Part shown: piece by piece, positions 38,247 to 49,157 of the stretch
How the letters are laid out: every line of letters begins with the position of its first letter
Numbering within the stretch: the first letter of the stretch is position 1
DNA from: Adineta vaga
Lineage: Eukaryota > Animalia > Rotifera
DNA length: 64,000 bases
Assembly (NCBI GenBank): GCA_021613535.1
Contig: CP075497.1
Location: forward strand, 10,478,001-10,542,000
Direction of reading: 5' to 3'
Made by a program: the position numbers and the translations under genes
Notes under the pieces: generated by a model
Databases searched by the model: none
Told to the model about the DNA's origin: nothing
The model's input: only the letters and a program-made list of their open reading frames with translations

Positions 38247-39679
38247 ATGCTTTGGTTAGAAAGTTTACCCGATGATTGGTGGATAACATATCAATCGAAG
38301 ATATCATTTTCATCTGAATGTATTCAAGAACTGAATATTGAACTATTATTTATTGTTCGAAATCTTATTATTGAAACACGAACCTATGCACGTGCTTGTC
38401 TTCGTACTTGCCTTCGTACTAATGATTTTCAGAATGTACTTGAAAATCGAAATATTTGTCAATCATTTCAAAATCTTTCGAATACTTTTCCAACAGAGGA
38501 AAATAATATCATTTCTATATCATCATTAATCGAACCTATTGAACAATTATCAAGAAAAATGAATAGACTCGAACTTACAATTCATTGGCTAGCAATCGAT
38601 GGAGAACAACCGATAACTTCCGAGAATCCTTTACCAAATTTTTCTGAAGATCATCCAATTGAAAGAAATCAACTGGAACCGATTAGAGATAGAAAAATGT
38701 TACCAACTGAACTTATCAATCAATCTCCTTCTATACAAAGACTTTTTCAATTAGCTAATTCAACTCAAATAAAGTAATATTTTGCTCAGAGATTCTAACT
38801 TTGATTTTTTGTCAATCTAAATTTTCTAGCCGACATCAACTACAAGAACATATTCATCCACTAACTAAAAACAATTTAACCGTCAAACCGATCCATCCTG
38901 TGAATATTCCTATTCGTCGTTCAACTATTCATAATCATATACCAAAAGTGCCTTCATTTCAAGGATCACTCGCACATGAATTAAGTTTAGAACAACAATT
39001 CTATTTTAAAACATTAACGGAATCATGTTTCAATGACATTGATGGACAACAATCAAATGCATTTCATTGTCTTTCAACAGATGCTGCTCTACAACCTCTT
39101 TTACCACGTTTACTTCTCTTTATTACAAAAGGTATCGAAACAAATATTCATCAACATGATTTAAATTTTCTTCATCAATTTCTAAACATATTAACAAAAC
39201 TAATAAGTAATTCATTTCTTTCATTTGATAAATATCTTCATACAATTCTTCCATCATTATTAACTTGTCTTATTTGTATCTTTGATATACCAAAACTTGA
39301 TAATACATTTCCAATCAATGATTCCGATAACTATTCAATCATATGGCGTATTCGAGAACAAGCCAGTGATTTGATTTATCATGTTGCACATAAATATTCG
39401 ATGATTTCTCATCTTACTGATCGAATCATTTCGATAGTTAAATCCACATTAATAGATCATAATGAAAAACTGACATTTTCAATTGTGTATGCATGTATAC
39501 GAACATTGTTATTTATCGATATACAACACTATCATTCATTTGCTCTCAATATTTTACAAACTAATCAAAAACAAAATATATTTGAATCAGATTTCGATCT
39601 TGATCATACAGAACAACAAACATTATTCAAACAGAAAATCAATGAATTATTTCCCATTGATAACTTTGTTACTTATTGA
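38247..39679 (+). CDS. TAF6: Divergent TAF6/TAF6L-like TFIID/SAGA subunit (histone fold plus HEAT region)
   Basis: N-terminal histone-fold-like helices; HWLAIDGEQP..ENP; HELSLEQQFYFK; LSTDAALQPLLPRL; YLHTILPSLLTCLI; WRIREQAS. One intron at ~38774-38829. Confidence 0.82.
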
Positions 39680-39993
39680 TTGCACTTTATTTATGCATTG
39701 TAGGATATAAATAGTTTCTGATTACAAATAAACGAAAGGACAAGAAATATACCTTTTTTTTCTCAGTACTTAAGTCTTCATTAGACCGGAAGAAACGTAA
39801 AAGCAGGTGGAGTAGGTTTTGCATTTCTTTTCGTTTATATACTTCGAAAAAATCTACCATAATACCAATCGTGGGATTATTTAGATTGGTTTTAAGCTCT
39901 CACCCCCGTTATTCTTAATCGTATATATATATATAAGACATTGAACCGATATAGATATTTAAAAAAAAGATTATGATTAAAAAAATCTGAATT

Positions 39994-40242
39994 ATGAATG
40001 CTTCGATTGAGAAATATATTTCACAGATTGCAAATATCAATGCATCTTTCCAAACAATCAAACAACATTTGATTGATGTTAATTATGGTTTGGTTCGATT
40101 AGAAATGGATAATCTGGTAATTCTAATCAATAAATTAAATGAAGCAATAACATATTTGGAAAATATTGGTCGTCAACCTGAAGAACATGTAAATATCAAT
40201 ACAGCAAGGAACTATTTTGATAATATTCTTGTAATATTATAA
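39994..40242 (+). CDS. Small 82-aa helical orphan protein
   Basis: ATG-initiated ORF with amphipathic helical composition; TATA-like run at ~39922-39936 and AATAAA at ~40284. Confidence 0.45.
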   Translation: MNASIEKYISQIANINASFQTIKQHLIDVNYGLVRLEMDNLVILINKLNEAITYLENIGRQPEEHVNINTARNYFDNILVIL

Positions 40243-40388
40243 AGAAAAAGACATTTTGTATATGTATAAAAATCTCTTCAGATAATAAACTCAAATCTAA
40301 TTGTGATTCAATTGATGATAATATTTATTTACTCTCTCTCTCTCTTCTTAGAATACTTGAAACAAAAAATACAAAGATATCGAACGTT

Positions 40389-41036
40389 CTAGTAGGACAT
40401 TTGATGTCCAAGAACAAATCCAAGTAGTGCAAGAAAAAGAATAATAAATGCTGCAAAGAATAAATTAGGACCATGATGAAAATGTTGATGATATGTAAGT
40501 ATGGATTGACGTTGTGAACCAATTGCATTCAAATAAGATGGATTATCAGGTGAAATTGTTACAAAAACAACTCGATCTTGTTTCACTGTATCATTTTTTA
40601 AATTATCCGTTGAAATCATTCCAATTAGAATATTCTTTGTCGAATGTGCTGGTGGATGAAACCATTGAAGAAGAACGACCATGATTAAAATCATTGCAAT
40701 TGATAAAACAAGAATATTTACAAATCGAGCGACAAGTTGATATTCTTTCTTTGCCAAACCAGCATATTCAAAATAAACTTGACCAACAATAAGAATAACA
40801 AACATAAATAATGAAATAATCAAACAAAGAATAACACCTGTTGGTATTAATTTAAAAAGACATGAAAATGCTCGATCAGAATGTAATAATGAATGACATT
40901 CATATGTATTTCCATAACGAATACACCAAGCAGAAAGTGATCCACCAACAATAATTAGAACAAGTGAAACTGCCACAAGACTAGCTAAACCTATGAGATG
41001 ATAATGTGTTAAACAATCTCGTGGACGTAAACTCAT
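40389..41036 (-). CDS. Four-TM claudin/PMP22-like membrane protein, intronless
   Basis: Four hydrophobic helices; W-C and further cysteines in the first extracellular loop; HHGPNLFFAAF before TM4. Confidence 0.7.
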   Translation of the reverse strand: MSLRPRDCLTHYHLIGLASLVAVSLVLIIVGGSLSAWCIRYGNTYECHSLLHSDRAFSCLFKLIPTGVILCLIISLFMFVILIVGQVYFEYAGLAKKEYQLVARFVNILVLSIAMILIMVVLLQWFHPPAHSTKNILIGMISTDNLKNDTVKQDRVVFVTISPDNPSYLNAIGSQRQSILTYHQHFHHGPNLFFAAFIILFLALLGFVLGHQMSY

Positions 41037-41402
41037 TTTGAATGTCTATCTGAATTGATTAATCCTCGTTTTTTTATGTGAATACTTATCAATTATGAAA
41101 GATAATAAAATACAACGTGATAGAATGTTAAACAAAACATTCTCTTTCGTAACGCACATTTAATAATCATGTAGGAGTGAAAATAAGTTTATTTATATTA
41201 TTTTTTTTCAACATATGGCATGTCAATGATTGGCATCTTTACAAATGTATACATGATAAATCATTTGACTTGTCGGTAAGAAACTATTTATTAAAAAAAA
41301 GAAAAAGATAAACTTGCTCGTGTTTACTATATGCAAAAGATCAAGTAAAAATAATTTCTCGTATATTTGAATTCTTTCTAATGGATATGTCTTTGTTTTG
41401 AT

Positions 41403-41854
41403 TTAAAGATGATTTTCATTTTGTTCATTATGAATATTTGTTATCATTGTTGACAAGAGTATGGACTGTAAGAAGGATACATGATCTTGTTGTTGTTGTT
41501 GATTGTGAATTTCATTCATATCATCTTTATTTACATCATGATCATTTCTTAGAACTCTGCAATAAGAAAGGATGACATTGTATTGGAATATTTTCATTTT
41601 TTAAAGAAAATGAAGATACATACTTGCCGAGTAGTGATCGAGGATCATATTCTCGATATGATTGTTGGGAATTTTTTGATAAAGAATTCGTTAGATTACT
41701 ATTGGTTAATGTTGAATCATTTGGAATAGTTGCAGTTAAAAAATTTGGATTATTAAATGCAGGTTGCATGGCTGGAAAATGTTGTTGCCATAGTTGATAA
41801 TCATAACCTGATGGATGAGTAATAATCACTGGTTGAGATGATAATGCCTGTTGC

Positions 41855-41885
<31 letters not shown>

Positions 41886-43563
41886 GAGTATGACTAGCCC
41901 GTTTTTGCTTAGCATTTAATAAATTTGATCTAAGAGAGAAGAAAGAATTTGTTTGAAAAAGATATGATCAAATAAATGATGTTAAATGTACTTGATTTGA
42001 ACCATGGATTCGTTATTTTCAATTTGTTGTTGAATACGTGCAAACTCGTTCGATGCGGTTGATGATGGTACATGAACAGGAATTGGTGGTCCAAATAGGA
42101 ATTGACCAGTCGATGAACTAATTGGTGGAGTAGTTGAAGCTGGTTGATTATTCACTAGTCGAGAAACAAATTCTAAATAAAATGTAATTTATATTAAGAC
42201 ATGTTTTTAATTTAACAAACTTTTCTCTGACATACCAAGCATTGGATCTTGAGCAAAGAAAAAAGTAGCATAGGGATCATTTGATACTGTATTTTGAGCA
42301 CTATTACCATTTGATGTTTCATGTGAATTACGAAGTGATATACCGGAAGCAAAACCTGTAGTTGTACGAGGAACAGCACCATATGGATAACTATTAAAAT
42401 GACCTAGTGATATAATTAAATTTATTAATAGCATTTTCCTTCGAATTTCTTCTTTCATTTTGAGATTTACCTCGTAAACCTCCTCTTGAACCTCGCAATG
42501 CTGTTTGTCTTGACATTGGACGTCGTTGCGAATTAGTATTCCCACTAAAAGCTGCCGTATAATCATTTCTAGCAGCTGCAGCTAATGATGATGCATGTGC
42601 AAGTCTTTGACGAGCCGCTTCTTGTCTTCTATGTTCTTCTTCAATAAATGCTCGATGTTCTAGATCATAGAGAGATGGTTCTTCTTCTTCATCTTCGTCT
42701 TCATCAGAATCTTCCTTTGAAAGAAAAAGAAATGATTGTTTCTATCGAAGAACACTTTATCAAATTACTTCTTCACGTTCACCACGTCGTGATTGAGTTA
42801 CAGCTGATGAATTTGTTATATCTTCATCACCACCACCACTACCACCACCGTCATGCACTGTCGCAATATGATCAGCAAGAAGAACAAAACGTGGTCGATT
42901 TCCATGTGATGGAGATGTTACACAAATTGGACACATCTAAGATGAAAATGATCATAAAAATATCGATAATCAATGGTATTTATGAAAAAAGAAATGAAAT
43001 TTGTAGTGTTTCTTTATCTCATCTTCTTCTTTTCGACAAACTTAACTTTAACATCTCTACTAATTATCACTCTAGTCATATTCCAAAGAAAATAAAGGTC
43101 TTACATACAACAACTTGACTATTCTTGCTTTGTGCTGATGTTGATGAATGTTTTTCAATACAATGTGCCAGCAATGTTCGAGGAATAAAACCGGATATAC
43201 AACAATGTGGACATGTCAATGACACTGCCGATCGACGTGCAACTGGTTCACCAGCATAGAATAATTCTATAGTTAAAAATTGTTTTAATTCGAATACATA
43301 AATGATAATCATAACTAACCAGCAGCTGACTCAGTTAATATACATTGCATTGGATGATTATTTTTATGTTTTTGACTTTCAGCTTCTACATCATAACATG
43401 CACCACAAAGATCATAATTATCACATAGTAAACATTTATAGCGACGACCGGAAAAATTCGTTTTCATACAAGAATCACAGGAAACTCCTAATGAAAGAAA
43501 AATAAGAATAAAATCAGAACTACTAGTAGTTTCATTATATTTCATACCATTATGTGAGCTCAT
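41403..43563 (-). CDS. KCMF1: E3 ubiquitin ligase KCMF1 (ZZ finger plus C2H2/Di19-type fingers)
   Basis: MSSHNGVSCDSCMKTNFSGRRYKCLLCDNYDLCGACY..HPMQCILT|ELFYAGE..LTCPHC..HCIEKH, a further CPICV..H finger, and the C-terminal FLQSILLSTM motif. Confidence 0.9.
41845..41886. repeat. (TTG)n trinucleotide tract encoding poly-Q in KCMF1
   Basis: Run of TGT/TGC units on the plus strand (CAA/CAG on the minus strand). Confidence 0.8.
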
Positions 43564-43751
43564 TCTTTCCTATTTTCAAATAATCTAGAAATACATTGAA
43601 GATAAATATTATGAAATAAAAAGAAAACGAAACAGACAACAACGATAGATATTTATTGCGAAAAAAAATAGAATGATAGGTGACGTTGAATGGACTAGAT
43701 TGATTTTTTTCAGCAAACGAAAATGAAAACCGATAAAATGAATACACTGTT

Positions 43752-46235
43752 TTAAATATGTTCATAATTATTGTCATTCTTACGATTTGTTGTTGTATCT
43801 GAATCATCAGCTAGAAAGGATTCGAGATCATCATTATTATTTGTAGAAGTCGATTCGATAGGAGTAATAGTTGTTTTCGTAGATGAAGATTTCTTTTTCT
43901 TCTTTATTTTCGTATTATCAGTTGTTAAACTAGTTTCTTCCTGGAAAAGAAAAGAGAAATTGTCATTTTCTGTAGTGTAAGTTTTGATGAATCGAACTTT
44001 TTTCGATTTCGTTGTTGTTGTTTTCTTCTTCTTGGGTTTTGTGGAAAGTGTATCACTGTGAACACTTTGAGAATCTATGAAACACACTAAGCATATAGAT
44101 AGAAAATTTAATTGATTAAATAGTACCTGGTGTTTGCGTGTCAATCATAGATTGTTTTACTTTGGATGAAGACAATCGATCAAGAAAATCTAAATCATCC
44201 GATGATATTTGATGATAGACAGGTGGTGGCGGAGGTGGGAGAGGAGGTGATGGATCAGATATCTAGAACGTATAAGAATTATTGAATGATGAAAATCAAA
44301 TCATCTATGGTATTTACAGGTTCAATCGTAGGTGATACTGCTTCATAGTCAGTTGGCTCGTTTATCCTATGATAGTACACATAGTTTTTATTGTTACTTT
44401 ATGACAAGAGAATAGCTTACATAATGGGTTGTTGATTTTGTTCGTCGTCAGAGTCTAACTGTTCGCAGAAGCCTTTTACCATTGGATTGACAGATAGTTC
44501 ATTTTCACTAAAAGTAAGTAAAACATGTTTTCAAAGATAAAATAATTAAAAGTCGATTTACTCGTCAGTTGTTGATAATTTTGTTGTAGCTGATCGGCTG
44601 AATGGGTCAATAGATAAATGTTGTTGAGGAGATACATTGTCATCAACAAGAAATGTTTCGTAATCATTATCATCAGGTACGAAATCATCAACAGTTGATG
44701 CTACTAATGGATTAGATAGATGTGGTTCTGGATAATCATCTGTTGTTGGATACTTTTCAACAATATTGTTAATTGGTTCATTAGGAATAGGTGATTTTGG
44801 AACAACTAAAATATTGACTTGAAGATTCTTTTTATTTAAACGTTTTATTTACCTTGTTGAACAATGGGTTGAACGGCAACAACAGGTGGTTTTTGTTTAG
44901 TTGTTAGTGTTGGTTTAATAGTAGCTGAGGGAGTTTCCGTTGTTTTTTTAATTACTTGAACGATTGTATTCAATGGTTTCGATGTTATTTGTTGTTGTTG
45001 TAATTGTTCAGCTAATGCTGCTGCTTGCACAGCTTCATCATGAAGACGTTTCGCTTCTTCTAATGGTTTAGCTTTGGCGACAACATCTCCGGCAAGTGCT
45101 TCTTGTTTTGTTCGACGTTTATTAGCAAGTGTTTCAATAAACATATCATAGTTATTTTCAGAAGTACGAGAAAATGTATCGATTTCTTCGAGGGATGCAT
45201 CCATATCACGTGCATTGATCTGTAATTGTTGAAGCAAACATTCACGTTGTAATTGTAAAAATGGAATATTCAAAAATTGATAAATATATTGAAGACCAAA
45301 GCCATTTCTCATCGAGCTTTCACAATAACGTATAACAGAACCCATTGTACCTCTTCAAAAGTACATAAAAATCAATAATTTCGTATGAAAAATAAAAATG
45401 AATGATAATTTTACCTATCAAGATGTTCAATAAAACTCAAACATTTATCAGTCGGAACTTTCCGATGATGGCACATATCCATTTGGTTTCCAATAATTAA
45501 AATCGGAATATGAGCTGGAATTTTAACAATTTCTCTTTCAATATAATCCCATGTCCAAGGTTTTGTTATGTCATAAATCATGAGAACTCCTGCTGAACTC
45601 TTATAGACGTCAAGAAATTCAGCATCGAGTGATACTTCTCCAACAGCAGCATCAATTGAATTTGATAATTTAAGTGAAGGATTGATTGGACGTCGTTTTT
45701 TTCTTGATTTATCGACAACATCCCAAACTTCAACTTTAATTATTGCATCTCCACATACTCGCGATGACCAATTAATTGTTGCTACACGAATTTCATCCGA
45801 TGGAATGTAATCTTCAATAAATGGACAACCTTGTAAACGTGACCATAAAACTGATTTGCCTGTATTACATTCACCACGTATGACTAGTTTCACTAATAGG
45901 AGAAAGAAAGAAAAATATGTTTGATATTCCGATGAAAAACATGTCCTTGAATAGAATCATCTCATACTGTTATATTGTACACCACGAGCATATTTCTTCT
46001 GTAATCCTTGACTGAGTGGTTTGAAATTATCGGTCGATTTCGATGGAGATATCGTTGAATGAGATCCATTGGAATTTGTAGATGGATGATTGATATGATT
46101 AGAATTTTCTGATGCAGGTTGATTTGTATCGTTAGTGGCTGATGTTGTTGTTGTTGTTGCTGATGCAGTTGTTCCCATAGTTGATGAAGAATCGTTTGTT
46201 GTAATCAAACGTTTCAATGCTTGAACAAATGACAT
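43752..46235 (-). CDS. RABL6: Rab-like protein 6 (RBEL1/PARF)
   Basis: [75 protein letters not shown]; Lys-rich tail ending DLESFL..YEHI. Confidence 0.92.
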
Positions 46236-46594
46236 CTAAGAAAAGAAATAAAGGTTGAAGATGAAATTTCAATTGTAAGAAGAAAAAAAGATACAGAAGT
46301 TTATTTTTGATGTTTTTCTTTTCTCATCTGGTGAAAAGAAGAGAAGCAAAGCAAAGAGGTGATGTGATGTGTGATGATCATGATCAACGATGACAATGAA
46401 TCATAGAACATGAAATAGAAACCAAATAACAATGAAGCAAATAGATGGAGATAGTTGTCAAGACATACAAAACAAAAAGTTAGAATAAGTTTTTTCTTTC
46501 TTTAAACGTTTATTTTAAAAATCTGTACGAAAAAATATTACATGAAATGTTTTTATTCTATTAGGAAAACAGAACAAAATAAAGACGATTTTTT

Positions 46595-47371
46595 TTATAA
46601 ATATTGTCTTCGATGTACATTGTAAGGTGATCGAAAATGATACGGAGATGCATGAGGTGCATGATGTCGTCGTATATGATGATAGTGAGGTTTTCGATAT
46701 ACGACATATGATGATGGCTGTGATCGAACAAATGAAAATGAAAGTGGATCTGGTCCTAAAACTCGTTGAACACCATCTGAGAGTTTATATAAAATTTGTT
46801 GACCATATGTTGCCGGCTCAATTATAGATCCCATCATTGGTACAGGAGTCATTCGTCGTTGTTGTTGCTGATGTAATTCATACGTTCTTAATTGTGACCA
46901 AAAACCAGCATTAGGTAAAGCTATTTGTCGTTTTTCTTTTACTAATGCATATGCAGTTTGTAATGGTAAGTGATGATGTTTGATTAAATAAGCTAAAATA
47001 AATGTAATTGAACGTGAACGACCATGATGACAATAGAGAAGTGTTCGTCGATTTAATGCTGTATTTGCAGCAATACGATCAGCAACAACATCAAAATATT
47101 GATTTGCAGGAAAGGAAGGTATATCCAAAACTGGATATTTTAATGATTCAATTCCACTTTGAGGTGGAAAAACTATATGTGGTAATTCGTCTGCAACATT
47201 AATGACACAACCAATTCCATTCGAAAATATCATAGGAAATTGTCGAGCTGTATCTTCCGCAGTAACAAAGACATATGGAGTTATTTGAGAAAGATTATAA
47301 TCAACCATGACTGGTGCCATATTTATATTCGATGCATTTGATATAACTGAATAGCTACGATCCAGCGCCAT
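46595..47371 (-). CDS. Atypical dual-specificity phosphatase (DUSP14/18/21-like), intronless
   Basis: LSQITPYVF, general-acid loop VLDIP, catalytic CX5R motif YCHHGRSRS, AYLI, PNAGFWSQL; His/Arg/Tyr-rich tail. Confidence 0.88.
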   Translation of the reverse strand: MALDRSYSVISNASNINMAPVMVDYNLSQITPYVFVTAEDTARQFPMIFSNGIGCVINVADELPHIVFPPQSGIESLKYPVLDIPSFPANQYFDVVADRIAANTALNRRTLLYCHHGRSRSITFILAYLIKHHHLPLQTAYALVKEKRQIALPNAGFWSQLRTYELHQQQQRRMTPVPMMGSIIEPATYGQQILYKLSDGVQRVLGPDPLSFSFVRSQPSSYVVYRKPHYHHIRRHHAPHASPYHFRSPYNVHRRQYL

Positions 47372-47889
47372 ACGAAAACACGTAAATACAAAAACGTAAG
47401 TGATAAATGTAGTAAATGTATATTAAAAAGTGAGAACAATTTTGATGATAATATTTGCCTGATTTCTTTCGATTTGTGAAGGACGTGTAGGAAGAAGGAA
47501 GAGTAATTTTACAGGTGAGTGGTATTTGCCTTTCAGTTTGTTTCTTTACAGTTTCTCATAATTATTTTTATTCTTGCTTATTTTCATTATTTGTGATATC
47601 TTATCAGTTGAGTGTATGTACATCTGCCTCCTATTCACCCAATCACATCACGTATTCCGTCCTAATGATCAATTATATATATAACTATTTATGCTACGTA
47701 ACTATTTCAAATATGTGTTTTTGAAACTATCTTTCACCTAACCAATAAATAAAACTTATCTTGTTTATTTATCTTCATATCTGTCAACGAACATAGATTA
47801 TCAGTTATATATATATATTGATGATTTATTTTCAACTAGTTGCTTATTTTTCGTTTGATTATTTTACAAAAAAAAAGCACATCATTCAT

Positions 47890-48255
47890 TCACGTGAAAG
47901 TTGATTGACATAGGAACGAATTAGTTCCTTCACTTTTTCGACCATGATAATAAACATTTGATGAATCTTTTGCATAACCATTACCTAATGTCGTAAATGT
48001 TGATGTCATTAATCCTGGCATTTTCTCACCTTGATAATAAACATGAAATGCATCTTTTGCATATCCATCTTTAAGAATTTCAAATGAATGAGAATGTGCT
48101 CCATCAATGATACGACCAGAATAATACACTCGAAAAGGATCACGAGCATAATCAAAACCAAGATCTTCGAATGCCATTGCAATCATGGAATCAATTCGTT
48201 CACCTCGATAACTAACATGAATTCCATCACTAGCATAGTTTGAATTAAATGACAT
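47890..48255 (-). CDS. DKNYY-family repeat protein (bacterial type), intronless
   Basis: Repeats of ~37 aa: YASDGIHVSYRG, FEDLGFDYARDPFRVYYSG, FEILKDGYAKDAFHVYYQG, FTTLGNGYAKDSSNVYYHG. Confidence 0.8.
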   Translation of the reverse strand: MSFNSNYASDGIHVSYRGERIDSMIAMAFEDLGFDYARDPFRVYYSGRIIDGAHSHSFEILKDGYAKDAFHVYYQGEKMPGLMTSTFTTLGNGYAKDSSNVYYHGRKSEGTNSFLCQSTFT

Positions 48256-49157
48256 GATGTCTTTTTCGTCTTATGTTGAGAATGATCGTATGCGACTACA
48301 AAAGAATTTTTCTTTCTATTTTCAATTGAATTCCTAGTCAATCAAAATTGTTTGTATTAGCCGAACGAAAGAACGAGAAAAACCCTTTTTCGTACAATGT
48401 CACATGAAAGCGGAACGAATTGATTTTGAGTAAATCGATAATAGTTAACAACGAAATTTGAAAACAAAAACAACAAACGTAAAGATATACGGTTCTCTTC
48501 AGGTAAAACATGATTTCATTGGAAAAATATTTTAATGAAAGTCTTGTCCAATAGTAAAGAAAGATATTTCAAACTAATTTCTTTTTATTTATTTATTTAC
48601 ATAATTTATCTGTCTTTTTTTTTCTTTATATTTGTCCAAAATAGAGACGAAATGTAAATGTTTTCAAACGCACCAGAGAGAAACAACAAAAAACAAACGG
48701 TAACGACATAAAAATAGGCTGTAATAATATTGATAAAAATTTTTTTTTCTTCTCTCATTTTTAAAATATTTGCGACCTGTACTTCTTTTTTGTCTTACTG
48801 TCGAACAATAAAACAGAAAAAAAAACAATAATATGAATAAAATAATAATAATAATAATAATCAGGATAATAAAACAAACAAACAAAAGAAAAGTTCTCTT
48901 TTTTAAATAATAATATCAATAAGAAGAATACATTTACACATACATACAAATAAATAATACAGAAGTCGTGTCGTGTGGTGTTTTGGTTTGGTTTTTTCAT
49001 TCAAAATCGATCGATCATCTTCAGTATGTCTGTACAATCACAACCAATGGGGGAAAATGAATACTGGCTAAAACTATCTGGATAATTTGTGAGGGGCGGA
49101 ATGATCATAAGACCGGATCTTCTCTAATTATAATTACTTGAAATATAAACATCTTGA

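Noticed and set aside
42648-43118. 156-aa plus-strand ORF
   Set aside because: Antisense shadow of KCMF1 exons; no motif.
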